63,548 nucleotides of DNA, filler included, from Octopus bimaculoides (GCF_001194135.2; 6 parts of 6 records of this genome joined end to end with filler, not necessarily neighbours in it), one strand, 5' to 3'. Counted from the first letter of the whole stretch, positions 37,395 through 51,603 are shown. The notes: generated by a model not told the origin, from the sequence alone. Made by a program: numbers and translations.

Positions 37395-37780
37395 TTGTTT
37401 GTGTATATATCCTTTTCTACTCTAGGCACAAGGCCCGAAATTTATGGGGAAGGGGCCAGTCGACTAGATCAACCTCAGTACGCAACTGGTACTTAATTTA
37501 TCGACCCCGTAAGGATGAAAGGCAAAGTCGACCTCGGCGGAATTTGAACTCAGAACGTAAAGACAGACGAAATACAGCTATGCATTTCGCCCGGTGTGCA
37601 AATGTTTCTGCCAGCTCACCAGCTTTGTTTGTGTATATATTCTTTTCTACTCTAGGCACAAGGCCCGAAATTTTGTGGGAGGGGGACAGTCAATTAGATC
37701 AACCCCAATATGCATCTGAAAGGATGAAGGGCAAAATCGACCTCGGCGGAATTTGAACTCAACGTAAAGATAGACAAAAT
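37395..37780 (-). mobile_element. Two tandem SINE family C copies with a 16-bp flanking duplication
   Basis: ttgtttgtgtatatat at 37395-37410 and 37625-37640 flanks the complete copy. Confidence 0.75.
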
Positions 37781-38208
37781 TTTAAGTTTCAAGTACTTGT
37801 TGGTAACTTTTTATTTTTTTCTCCTTGTCTTCCAATAGTAATTATCCAACTTTCTAGGCTCTTCTCACAGCTATCCTACTTCAAAAATTATACGGGTATT
37901 TAAAAAAAAATTCATTAAATAAGTAATGATTTCACATTACGTATATATTAAAAAAGAGAAAGTGAGAGATTTATTCCACAGTAAATGCATCTGTGAAGAA
38001 TTGGATGCAGTGAATGCAATGAATATTTAAATTTACGAGAAATTGGAGTTAATAAAATTCAGTAAACTTGAGAAATCGAAATTATTGGAAATTTCTTAGA
38101 ACATGAATTTATAAAGATATTTCCAGACCATCAACCCTTTAATAATTGCTTTCTTTTAGTACTTTTAGTAAATGTTACATCCTTAATTAATAAGCATTCT
38201 CCATTATA

Positions 38209-38255
<47 letters not shown>

Positions 38256-38259
<4 letters not shown>

Positions 38260-39480
38260 GCTAAATAAAAAGTAAACGTTTTGAAACATGAAATTCATCC
38301 CAATATATTTCAACAATGTGGAAATTTTATTTATCATAGTAAGTACCATTACAATCAATACATTTTTGCCAGCTAGTTACAAGTTTGTTTATTCCAGTAA
38401 CATAAAAATCTGGAGTTCTGGAGCTGATGAACTCTTTGAATACACTTTCAGCATCGGTTTGATTTTTTTAACTTCCCTCACTTGAAAACTATCAAGGTGC
38501 CTGAAAAAGTGGTAGTCGGTAGGAGAAAGGTCTGGGGAATAAGGTCGGTGGAGAAGAGCTTCATAGCCAAGTTCCCTCAACTTTTGGAGCATCATTAGTG
38601 AAATGTGTGGTCGAGCATTGTCATGAAGAATGGTTGATCTTCTTCTGTTGACCAGATTGGGACGGAGGAGTAGCAGTTTTTCATTCATTTTGGAAATTTC
38701 ATGGCAATATGTTACTTCAGTGACGGTTTTTTCTGTGTTTTAAGAAGTTATAGTGGAAGAGTCCAGCAGTACACCACCAAACAGTCACTATAACCTTTTT
38801 GAAGATCTCGAGTTTAGGGAAAGTTTTCAGTGCTTCATTTTGGTCCGGCCACTGCGAAGAACGTTTTTTATTATTGTACAGAATCCACTTTTCATTGCAA
38901 GTTGTAATACAGTCGATAAATGGATCTGTCTGGTTATGGTGAAAAAGCGACGACCAAATTTCATATCTGCACATTTTCTGATTTTCATTCAAATAGTGCG
39001 GTACCCATTTGTTGAGCTTTGTTGATGTTCTGATCGCATGCAAATGGTTGCAGGCAGTTTTCTGGAAGTTCTTTTGCCAGTTCTTGGGTGGTTTTCTGTG
39101 GAAATTTTTCAATGATGGTCTTTAATTGATTGTCATTGATGACAAATGGGCGTCCACTACACTCATAATCTTCAAGGTTCAGGTCTCTACTATGAAATTG
39201 TTTAAACGATTTTCAAGCTGGTCACTCACTGGTCATTTTCTCACCAAACATTTCGTTGATATTGCGAACAGTTTCAGCTGAATTACATCCGTTTTTGAAG
39301 TTGAATAGCAAAATTGCTTGAATATCGTGCCTTGACAGTTCCATTTCAGATGATTGTAACTACAGGGAAAAAAATATCAATGTTAATTTATTGATGCATT
39401 TCGGCAAGTCTATGTCTGTATTATCAGACAATTGCAAAAAAACTGTTTAAAAAATTCAAAACTCTGCAAAAATCCGGTAC
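38256..39480 (-). mobile_element. Mariner (DD34D) transposon, second subfamily, decayed
   Basis: TIR TA|TCAGGCTAAATAAAAAGTAA at 38256; ATG at 39344; KWVPHYL, TCNEKWILY, LHDNARPH, YSPDLSPTDYHFF. Right boundary approximate. Confidence 0.88.
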
Positions 39481-40439
39481 AAATTCTTCATGGTTCAAAC
39501 GTGCATTGCGTCATATTCTTGAGCAAAGCACTTCATTTCACATTGCTCTGTGATCATTTCGACATCTGAGATATGGCACCCAGTTGCACCTGTACAGGTA
39601 ATGTTAATTTGATGGAGGGAGTGAGCTTATGTCTACACATACATTTGATCACTATAAACAAATCATCTGTGTGGTTGTTTGGTAAGAAATTGTCAAACCG
39701 TCATATGCCATCTAACGATGGGAGAGTCCATTATATATATGATGGTTGTCTACCGCTTATGTACCTACTCCTTATGTACCTACCTCTTATGTACCTACAC
39801 CTTAGATTTATCATACATATATACATGTGAGTGTGTGTGTGGATATAGGTTTGGTAATACAAATAGGAAAATAGAATTCAAAGCTTGAGTATATATGTAT
39901 TATTTTATTAGTGAGCAGAAGTTACAGTATGACTCAAGGGCTGAGAGTTTCATGCATTACTGATGCATGAAATTCTTGGTCCTTGAGTCACTCTGTAACT
40001 TCTGCAAATTCATAATAATGATAATATATAAATATATCATATCACCATTTTAACATTCATTTTTCCATGCTCACATTGACTGGGCAAAATTTATCATGTC
40101 AGATTGTCTACAGCTGGATGCCCTTTCTGTTACTACCCTTACCTATTTCCATGTAAGGTAATATTTCTCAATGCCCAGACGTGTTTTTGAGGAAGACTGG
40201 GAACAAAAGACACTGCTGGCATCACAGTGATACTTGTTTAATGGTCAAGGCAAAGAGATAGTAGCACACACATGCACACAGACACATGCATACACACACA
40301 TGCATGCACACAGACACATGCACGCACACACACGCACATGCACATACACACATACTGAGTAAATTACTGAGCAAACTACTAAATCAAAGGAATGAAAGTA
40401 TAGGCCTGTGCAGACATAAGGTTTCCCTAACTTAAATTC

Positions 40440-41330
40440 TCTAAGAATTCTAATTAAAAGTAATGCTAAAGTATAATTTGCAAACCATGCAACAACATGT
40501 AGTTATAAAAATAGATTGGATTTGGAGAAACTGTGTCAGTTTCTTGTGCTCTTTCTTCAAAACGCTTAGTATTTCTATGTTTTTGTGTAAATTTGTTGCT
40601 ACATCGATTAAGGCACTTATAATGATAGATACAAATAAGAATTTACAATCAACATGCAAGAGCTGTAAGTTCCACATTAATTCACCATAAATGTTCTCTT
40701 TTACCTGGACTTTTGATTGTATATCCACATCCACTGGGCAGCTGACTTCTACAACAGTGCTTAACTTTTGTTTCCTGTCCCAAAAAACAATATCAGGTCT
40801 GTAATGTTTGTATCAAATTGCTGTTTTTATTGGAGTGTTCCACTAGTAATCCTTGTTTTTAAAGATGTGAATAGTGACATGCCTTTGATGTATATATTAG
40901 GGCAATCTTTCCTGTGGATAGAATTATAAATAGTCTTTGCAACTATATCATACCTCAGGAGCAGGTAGTATTTCATAGACATTTTGGGACAGCTGCTGAT
41001 GATGTAGGTGATATCTTCCACACTGATATCGCAGAGTCAACACTTTTATCACAACATGGAAGTTTGGTGGTAACTTTGTACCTCTTGATCATCAAGTATT
41101 TCGTAGCTATTTCCTATTCCTGGATAGCAAAGGTATATTCTTCCAGGTGGGATGTAATGTATCTTCTGTTTGGGTAGGCCAGTCCAGCATCCTTCTGAGT
41201 CACATGAGACAGTTGTATTCTAAAGTACCTGCACAGTAGTTCTTCTTCAACTCTAAAGATGTTGTTGCTCTCACATTTGAGTATGCATGCAGTGTACTCA
41301 TTTCTTTCTTTACTGTTCAGCAGGCATTGT
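40440..41330 (-). mobile_element. R4/Dong-like non-LTR retrotransposon 3' end (zinc knuckle plus RLE endonuclease), decayed
   Basis: KC*LCDISVEDITYIISSCPK...RYDIVAK (CCHC/RHD-like); RPDIVFWDR...VEVSCP; KENIYGEL. Confidence 0.75.
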
Positions 41331-41499
41331 ATCAGACTGTCTGTCTGTCTGTCTGTCTGTATGTATGTATGTATGTATTTATGTATGTATGTATGTACGT
41401 ATGTATGTATGCATGTATGCATGCATGCATACATATATTCTATTCCCAGTTACAGGATCTCTTACTCTCCATGTTGTCTTTTATTTCAGTGTCAACTAA

Positions 41500-42110
41500 C
41501 TAACTTTGAAGTCACTAGCCAAGTGATTCCATTATCATGGCTTCAACAAACATGTTGGCTGACATGTTGATACTTTCCATGACATTCATGGACGCTATGG
41601 ATATGGTTCAAGAAATGAGCAGGATGTAAGGCTCCTTCAGATCTGTTTCGGAGCTGATCTAACAATTTGCAACAAACGCTTTACGAAACCAGCCAACCAC
41701 CTCATCACTTACCAATTTCATAGATTACAATTTCACCAGAAGAGCTATTGTAAATACCAAAACTGTTCCTGGAAAGAATGCATAATACAACATAGATTTG
41801 TGGCTAGTGACTTTGGAGTCAGAGGTAGACAGAAACAAACAAAAGAGCAGCATTGAAAATGAAAGAAGGAAAATTAAAAGATCCTGCAATTGGGGATAGA
41901 TCTAAAGAAATTCTCTAACTGATGCACAATAACTGTAGCGAAGAAGATTTGGATACCTGCATCACTGATGACAACTGGAAATTTCTACGAATTAACCTGT
42001 TTGGGCTATAGATTAGACGTGGGTGGTGCAAAGTCTCAGACATGCCAAAAGCTATGTGGTAGTGGTATGATATGGTTGATAGGGTGGTAAATGTGGTCTT
42101 TGAAACCTAA
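41500..42110 (+). mobile_element. RTE LINE APE-endonuclease C-terminal fragment, decayed
   Basis: HGRYGYGSRNE...DLTICNKRFTKPANHLITY...QHRFVASDF; downstream residue of the WWW motif. Confidence 0.65.
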
Positions 42111-42320
42111 TTACAGTCACTGATGTCATAACCTTACTCAGGATCCATTATATATATCTTAAAGTTTACATTATTGTTATGCAATCTCGGATGATATGAT
42201 AATGTAATCTACTTACAAGTTTTTCTTCTTATAATGGATATTATCTTGTTGTTGATGAAATACCAGTATGGTGACATAACTAAATAATGCACGAACAAGC
42301 TTTCCTGTTTTGCTTTGCTT

Positions 42321-42357
<37 letters not shown>

Positions 42358-42705
42358 GTGTGTGTGTATGTGTGTGTGTGTGCGCGCACAGGCATGTGTG
42401 TCGTGTGTGTGTGTGTGTGCGTGCGCACAGGCATGTGTGTTGTGTGTGTGCGTGTGTGTTGGGCATCTTTCAGTTTCCATCTATTAAATCCACTTACTGA
42501 GCTATTCTAGAAGATACTTGATCAAGCTGATATGCAGTAAGACAGCAAAAACAATGTGGTTGTGAAACTTCTTAATCACACAACCAGGCTTATACTTATA
42601 CACACACATACACACACACACACACGCACACTCACACACACATGTGTGTGTGTATATAGTGTATATATATATATATATATATGTATACATATGTATATAT
42701 ATGTG

Positions 42706-42764
<59 letters not shown>

Positions 42765-43096
42765 GTATATATATATATGTGCATATATATATGTGCATAT
42801 ATTTATAAGTATATATATATATATATGTCTATATATATATATATAACACATACATATATGTGTATGTATGTATATATACATACTTGTTTGAATTAGTTCA
42901 CTTTGAAAACATCGTAAGTGATGAACCCTTGGTGAATTACAGTGACTAAGGTGCATAATTGCATAATGTGCAATGTACAGTTGCTGCAGGAGAAACATAT
43001 GTTGGTCATTATTATATATGATGTAGAAAACTTTTTAATACAAATACTTTTAAAGTGAATAAATCTTCATATGTGTGTGTGTGTCTCTGTGTGTAT

Positions 43097-43208
<112 letters not shown>

Positions 43209-43213
43209 GTATG

Positions 43214-43246
<33 letters not shown>

Positions 43247-43966
43247 GTATATATATATGTATATATATATATGTATATATATGTATATATATATATATGT
43301 ATATATATATNNNNNNNNNNNNNNNNNNNNNNNNNNNNNNNNNNNNNNNNNNNNTTAATTAATTAANNNNNNNNNNNNNNNNNNNNNNNNNNNNNNNNNN
43401 NNNNNNNNNNTATATATATATATATGCATATTATATATAGATATCTCTCATTATATAAAGCTGCAATCTTAGCTTTGAAAAGAAATCAAATCCATTATAG
43501 TTTGCATTTTATTCACGTTGAAAATTGTTTACGAATCTTGTATTTCATAATCTTTACGAATAACCCCTCAGTTTATATATATATAATGATTTTACATTCT
43601 AAAAAACAAAAACAAAATTGGCGAAATATTGGCAAAAATATATCTAAAGTCTTGTTTTCTTCTTCATAGAAATATCTATAAGGTGAAGAACAAAGGTAGC
43701 ATATAAACAATGACAAATAATTGCTAAAACTAATATTTGATATAGGCTTCAATAATTATGCAACAGTAAGGTGGTTAGTTGGTAGAATCATTAATGTGTT
43801 AGGTAAAGTGCTTAACGGCTTTTTGTCCGTCTTTATGCTTTGAGTTCAAATTCCGCTGAAGTCGTACCTATATTGTAAGAAATGAGAGTTAAAAACTTTG
43901 AATGCTGTAAGTAGTTCGCAATGTTTGTACACACTGACAGGGGCGATAACCGCCACACGATCTTTT

Positions 43967-44026
43967 CTAGTATCACTAGGCTACACTAGTTTCGCCTATT
44001 AGTCATAGGCTCGTCAACAGTCACTA
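43967..44026 (-). ncRNA. Type I hammerhead-like motif with full stems II and III
   Basis: TTGACGA-GCCTAT-gacta-ATAGGC-GAAA-CTAG-tgtagc-CTAG-T-G; stem I imperfect; N17 = G. Confidence 0.55.
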
Positions 44027-44476
44027 CTCAAACACTTCATGCGTTGGCTAAATCCGACTGTCAGTGTATATATTTTTCTCATAAAATTTTATGGTTGATC
44101 TAGTAAAACGCTAATGCGTAAATTAATAATTAATATAAATAGCTATGCGTAATAGAGTACCATAACGGAAAAAAATTTATTACCACTAATTGCGACTGAA
44201 GGTGCCGATCCCCATATGTTGCAAGAAATAAGTGTTAAAATCTCTTGATACTCATATATATATATATATATATATTATTTTAATTTTTTTACAACATTGA
44301 AGTAAGCTGGTACTTTCATGATTACGCAATCCTCAGGATTATGTAGTGACTGTCTCTACATAAACGTGAATATTGCGTAATGAATGAAGGTACTAGTTTA
44401 TCAAGATATTGTAAAATGGCCAAAATTGTAAATGATAACACGTGTAAATCCGAATAATTTAGAATTTCATTCGTTA

Positions 44477-44515
<39 letters not shown>

Positions 44516-45115
44516 NNNNNNNNNNNNNNNNNNNNNNNNNNNNNNNNNNNNNNNNNNNNNNNNNNNNNNNNNNNNNNNNNNNNNNNNNNNNNNNNNNNNN
44601 NNNNNNNNNNNNNNNNNNNNNNNNNNNNNNNNNNNNNNNNNNNNNNNNNNNNNNNNNNNNNNNNNNNNNNNNNNNNNNNNNNNNNNNNNNNNNNNNNNNN
44701 NNNNNNNNNNNNNNNNNNNNNNNNNNNNNNNNNNNNNNNNNNNNNNNNNNNNNNNNNNNNNNNNNNNNNNNNNNNNNNNNNNNNNNNNNNNNNNNNNNNN
44801 NNNNNNNNNNNNNNNNNNNNNNNNNNNNNNNNNNNNNNNNNNNNNNNNNNNNNNNNNNNNNNNNNNNNNNNNNNNNNNNNNNNNNNNNNNNNNNNNNNNN
44901 NNNNNNNNNNNNNNNNNNNNNNNNNNNNNNNNNNNNNNNNNNNNNNNNNNNNNNNNNNNNNNNNNNNNNNNNNNNNNNNNNNNNNNNNNNNNNNNNNNNN
45001 NNNNNNNNNNNNNNNNNNNNNNNNNNNNNNNNNNNNNNNNNNNNNNNNNNNNNNNNNNNNNNNNNNNNNNNNNNNNNNNNNNNNNNNNNNNNNNNNNNNN
45101 NNNNNNNNNNNNNNN

Positions 45116-45159
<44 letters not shown>

Positions 45160-46639
45160 TATACATATATGTATATTAAAATATATATATATTCATCTAT
45201 ATATGTGTGTGTATAAATACATAAACGTAATACATATATATAAATAGATATATATATTTATATATAAATACATTTGTTTGTGTACTTGTGTATGAATGTA
45301 TGTATATTTATATATACATGTATGTATACATATGAACGCAAAAGCGATGGATGTTACGCACAAATACTTATATATGGAATGGCAGGGAAAATGTAGAATT
45401 GTTAGTGTAGCTTCTTTTTTTCATTGACTCAGATCGGAAAGAAAAAAATATCACAGCATTCATTTATTAGTTCCATTTGACTAGATTACATTCCACATGG
45501 TTAATGGAATCAACCAAAAACTCCATCGGCCTCTCATTTTGCTTCTTTATACGATACTATTTTTCAAACTTCATTTTTATCGTGCTTATTGTTGAGCCGT
45601 TATCAGTTTTCCTGTTAACCGAATCATAACAACGAACAGGCGATAAAATTATTATACTTCAGACTATACTCACACAAGATAAAATAGAGAATGTAGAAAC
45701 AGATACGAAATACAAATGAAATTTAGATATAGTTGCAGGTAAACAAAAAATGAAAGAAAAAAAACCATCAGAAGTTCTTGACAAACCAGATTTGTAAGAA
45801 AATACTAAAATGGATGGATATTTAGCGCGTGGAAAGGGTGTTGGGGGGTGCATAGTGATAGAACTGGGGTGAGTGAGTAAGAGAGATTAACAGGGAACAT
45901 GAAAAATTAAGGAGAGTAAAAGCGAGAAAGGTGGATGTTATGAATCAATGTATTCCTATGCGTACACACATTCACACACACGCAAATTGCATGTATCATA
46001 TGTGTATGCATGTGTGTGTTTATGTATGCGTGTCTGAATGCATATGAATGTGTATATATGCATATTTATAAATGTAAATGCATATGTTTATAATTAAGTC
46101 TATATACATACCTTTATATATACATAATAGAAGTGAAATAGTGTTTTTTGGGGGCAGGTTTGAGAATAACAGGAAGCGAGCCAAAATAATATATATATAT
46201 ATCATTATCACCATCATCACCATCATCAACATCATCAACATCATCATCATTATCGCCATCATCACCAGCATCATCATCATCCTCATTATCATGAGGAGAA
46301 GCTGAAAATGTCCTGACTTTGGATAAAAGAAACTGCAGGAAAATACAGTTAATTACGATATTATTCATCATATTCCTCTCTCAGATTCACAAACTTATTC
46401 CAGAGGTACTTCAGGTTTTCTAAGACCTGGATAAGAACTCGAAAGGTTGGGCCTCCGACCAGGCTTTCCTCATAACCTTAAAACCAGGCTTTTCAATAAC
46501 CGGCCTCGTACGTATTTTTTTATGTCATAGCACCGTGACGTATTTTTCTATTTTATGATTAGGATTTCGATGATGAAGATTATCAGGAGTTTGATGATGA
46601 AGATGAAAATAGCAACAGTGTTGGATGCAAAGAAAAACA

Positions 46640-46698
46640 GATGCTAATGATGAATGATAATATCGATGATAATGCGTTTATGCTGATGATGATGATAG

Positions 46699-46764
<66 letters not shown>

Positions 46765-46765
46765 C

Positions 46766-46800
<35 letters not shown>

Positions 46801-46830
46801 CGACGATGATGCTGATGATGATGATGATGC

Positions 46831-46885
<55 letters not shown>

Positions 46886-46937
46886 GATGATGATGATGAT
46901 GCTGATGATGCTGATGATGATGATGATGATGATGATG
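46640..46937. repeat. (GAT)n trinucleotide microsatellite
   Basis: Long GAT run into a gap. Confidence 0.95.
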
Positions 46938-47553
46938 NNNNNNNNNNNNNNNNNNNNNNNNNNNNNNNNNNNNNNNNNNNNNNNNNNNNNNNNNNNNNNN
47001 NNNNNNNNNNNNNNNNNNNNNNNNNNNNNNNNNNNNNNNNNNNNNNNNNNNNNNNNNNNNNNNNNNNNNNNNNNNNNNNNNNNNNNNNNNNNNNNNNNNN
47101 NNNNNNNNNNNNNNNNNNNNNNNNNNNNNNNNNNNNNNNNNNNNNNNNNNNNNNNNNNNNNNNNNNNNNNNNNNNNNNNNNNNNNNNNNNNNNNNNNNNN
47201 NNNNNNNNNNNNNNNNNNNNNNNNNNNNNNNNNNNNNNNNNNNNNNNNNNNNNNNNNNNNNNNNNNNNNNNNNNNNNNNNNNNNNNNNNNNNNNNNNNNN
47301 NNNNNNNNNNNNNNNNNNNNNNNNNNNNNNNNNNNNNNNNNNNNNNNNNNNNNNNNNNNNNNNNNNNNNNNNNNNNNNNNNNNNNNNNNNNNNNNNNNNN
47401 NNNNNNNNNNNNNNNNNNNNNNNNNNNNNNNNNNNNNNNNNNNNNNNNNNNNNNNNNNNNNNNNNNNNNNNNNNNNNNNNNNNNNNNNNNNNNNNNNNNN
47501 NNNNNNNNNNNNNNNNNNNNNNNNNNNNNNNNNNNNNNNNNNNNNNNNNNNNN

Positions 47554-47586
<33 letters not shown>

Positions 47587-48360
47587 CGGTAATATATTTT
47601 GTTATAACATTATTTATATATAAGCTACAGACCTCGCTGATTCAGTGAAGATGAGGATACTAGGCACTATGCATTTGAATGCAGTTGTAAGTTTATAGAA
47701 AGGGGCATGTAACTTACATGGAAGTACACAAAAATAGATTATGAATACATGTATGACCGTATCTACACACAAACATCCATATATTCATGTATGTATGCAT
47801 CTATATATATATATATGGATGTACCGATGTTTGAATATATATGTTTGTGTGTGGATGCATGAATGTATTTATAAATATATGTACATGCGTGCGCATGTGT
47901 GTTTTTCTGTGTGTATGTATGTATATGTCTTGTGTGCGTCTATATGTATATATTTATTTTCCCATTATCCTTCAAGTCGTTGCTGCTGTCGTCAAGCTTT
48001 TTTCTGGTTCATTATGTAGAGCACATAACAATACATAAATACATACAGCAAAACACCCACCACAAAGTTATACATGTGTGTGTGTGTGCATGTGTGTGTG
48101 ATTTCATACATACATGCACGCACACACATATATATTTGTATATGTATACAGAGAGAGAAAGAGAAAGGGAGATGTGTATGTGTGCGCTTGCGTGTGTATC
48201 TGCTTGCTTGTTTGTGTTAGGGCGTATGCTTGAGCAAAGATGGACATCAAGAGAATTAAAACGAGGAATGGACCGTTGGAAAATAAAGAACAGAATGAGG
48301 CGAAGAATACAAAATTATGTGGTGGTGGTGGGAGGTGGGTAGTGAAGGTGCTCGTGGTGG

Positions 48361-48611
48361 GTGATGATGATGACGATGACGACGACGACGATGATGATGA
48401 GGCTGATGATGACGATGATGATGGTAATGATGATTTTGACGATGACGACGACGAAGATGACGACGACGATGATGATGATGCTGATGATGACGATGATGAT
48501 GGTAATGATGATTTTGACGATGACGACGACGACGATGATGATTATGACGACAATGACGACGACGTCGACGATGATGACGACGACGACGATGACGACGACG
48601 ACGATGACGAC

Positions 48612-48642
<31 letters not shown>

Positions 48643-48819
48643 ATGATGATGATGATTATTATTATTATTATTATGATGATGATGATGGGGTGGTGGTCTT
48701 CATTCTGATCAAGACCGCGACCAGAGTAGTGATTACCTTGCTGTTGATGGCATTATGGTGAAACTGATGGTGGCGGTGAGGATAGTAACGAACACAATGA
48801 TGATGATGATGATGATGAC

Positions 48820-48865
<46 letters not shown>

Positions 48866-48910
48866 TTGATGATGATGATGATGATGATGTTGATGATGAT
48901 GATGTTAACC
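48361..48910. repeat. (GAT/GAC)n compound microsatellites
   Basis: Source of the poly-D/M/T pseudo-ORFs. Confidence 0.9.
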
Positions 48911-49195
48911 ATGACGACTACCATGATAATAATGTGGTTGATTTTTGCATTGTCTTTGTTTTATTCTATGAATATTGCTATGACTTTCTTTCACGCATGT
49001 TTTTCATTCTGTTTTCGTTTTTGGTAGTTCCTATTCTTTTCCCAACATCTTGTTAATATCGTTGCCTGCGCAATTCTTCTTGCTATTATTCATGTTGTTA
49101 CTCATCTCATCAGCTCTACTGGGTATAAAAATTACCGTTTTCTTTTATCTGAATTATCAAGTACTATAATGCTATAAATATATATACAAACAGAC

Positions 49196-49246
<51 letters not shown>

Positions 49247-50480
49247 TACATACATACATTTGTGTGTGTGTGCGTCTTTGTGATGTCTATGTGTCTGTGT
49301 GTATAGGCGTGCACACGCTTACGCCTGTCTTTACAAACACGCACATAAATTTATACGCATACACACATTTACACACATATATACAGACAAACAGAATATT
49401 AAAGAGATAATGCTCTCCAATATGCATATAAGTCTGAAAAGTATAGCTATATTTATGTAATTCTTTATGTATATTTATGTACTAGTACATATACACTGAT
49501 ATAAATAGGTGTCTCGTTATATAATTACATATGTATGTAACTGCATGTATATATGTGTGTGTGTGTGTGTTTGTGAGTTTGTGTGGTTATGTCTATATAC
49601 ATATAATTTATGTGTATATGTATATATACGTATATATATATNNNNNNNNNNNNNNNNNNNNNNNNNNNNNNNNNNNNNNNNNNNNTTAATTAATTAANNN
49701 NNNNNNNNNNNNNNNNNNNNNNNNNNNNNNNNNNNNNNNNNTTAGACTTTAAAATTATAATCTTAAAACTTTGAAATGTTGAAAGAAATAAAGTAGTGTG
49801 CCACAGAAAGTCTGAGAAAAGGGGACGTAGGCGCGAAAAGAGAAAGAAGAAAGAGAAAGAAGAAAGAGAAAGAGAAAGACCGGTACAGAGAAAGTGGAAA
49901 GAGAGGAGGGAGGGAAAGAGAAAGAGACAGGGAGGGAGAGAAAGAAACTAAGAGATAAAAAGAAGAAAGAAACAGAAAGAGAAAGAAAGGAAGAGAGAGA
50001 GTGAGAGAGTGAGTGTCAAACAGAAAGAACAGTACAAAAGCAAAATGAAAAGTTGAAAAGTAACGAGTGGATGTGAGCAGGCGAAACAGATAGAGAGGAA
50101 GAGAGAGAAAGGGAGAGAAAGTGAAGAAGAGAGAGAAAGAAAGAGAGAGGTGGGGTGGGTAGAGAAAGAGAGGTGGCAGGAAGAGGTGTTGAAAGGATGA
50201 GAAAGAAGATGCAGATGTTATAACAGAAAGTAGCTGTGAGTCACAACTGAAAACAGATATTGAGAGTAACTTGGATGGAATGTTCATTAGTTTATCGAAA
50301 TTAAAACATTTATGTAACTATGAGTGAGAGAGTGTGTGTGCGCGTGTAGTTGTATGTTCGTGTATGTGGTTGAGTATATACGTGTATTGTTAGTATATGA
50401 GAGACAGAAAGAGAGTAATACACACACATATGTACATGTATTCGTACATATATGTTTATGCGCTTGTATATACATACCTA

Positions 50481-50928
50481 TACTCTTTTACTCTTTTACT
50501 TGTTTCAGTCATGTGACTGTGGCCAAGCTGGAGCACCGCCTTTAGTCGAGCAAATCGACCCCAGGACTTATTCTTTGTTAGCCTAGTACTTATTCTATCG
50601 GTCTCTTTTGCCGAACCGCTAGGTTACGGGGACGTAAACACACCAGCATCGGTTGTCAAGCGATGTTGGGGGACATACACAGACACACAAACACACACAA
50701 ACACACACACACTCACACACACACACACTGGCATACACACACACACATACACACACATATATACATATATACGACGGGCTTCTTTCAGTTCCCGTCTACC
50801 AATTCCATTCACAAAGCTTTGGTCGGCCCGAGGCTATAGTAGAAGACACTTGCCTAAGGTGCCACGTAGTGGGACTGAACCCGGAACCATGTGGTTCGTA
50901 AGCAAGCTACTTATCACACAGCCACTCC
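50481..50928 (-). mobile_element. SINE family A, full length
   Basis: tRNA-like head at 50928, (TG)n core, (GAGTAAAA)n tail. Confidence 0.88.
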
Positions 50929-51413
50929 TATATCTATATCTATATCTATCTATATCTATCTATCTATCTATCTATATATATATATATATATATATATATT
51001 TTTATATATGACGTTGACCACTAACGTGGACATTCAATGTGCTGTATATATATATATATATACATATATAAAATTATATATGTGTGTGCATATATATTTA
51101 CATATGTATGTATCACCTATATCGACCAGACTTTCGGATGTTGTTACACACTGCTGGGCACAATGCATTTCCAATTCTTTCTCGTTTGCGCTCTTCTGTT
51201 ACATTTTGGCCCTAATCGTTTAATTGAATCGTCTTCCCGTCATTGTGGAGGCCTCCTGAGTGTCTTTTTCCAATCTCTTGGACACTACTTGACATGAATA
51301 TATATAGTCAGTTCAAATAAACGAATAAAAAACGAAAAAAAGGAAAACAACGAACGTGAGGACGTGTACAAGAAGTTCATTAGCATGACGCTCGGTGAAA
51401 GGAGGAGAGAGTT

Positions 51414-51440
51414 AACGTTTCGAGCATAGCTCTTCGTCGG
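51414..51440 (-). ncRNA. Minimal hammerhead-like motif, CCGACGA core
   Basis: CCGACGA-A-GAGC-tat-GCTC-GAAA-CG-TT; second copy at 14074-14100 (+). Confidence 0.45.
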
Positions 51441-51466
51441 AAAGAAGAAAGGGAAAAGTCCAAAGA

Positions 51467-51521
51467 AGAAGAAGAAGAAGAAGAAGAAGAAGAAGAAGAA
51501 GAAGAAGAAGAAGAATAGGAA

Positions 51522-51603
<82 letters not shown>

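Noticed and set aside
46418-46462. GAAA-GG-ttggg-CC-TC hammerhead-like stem III
   Set aside because: No acceptable core, stem II or stem I.
46641-49027. Poly-Met/Asp/Thr ORFs resembling acidic biomineralisation proteins
   Set aside because: Pure (GAT/GAC)n tracts open in several frames on both strands, with no signal peptide or splice support.
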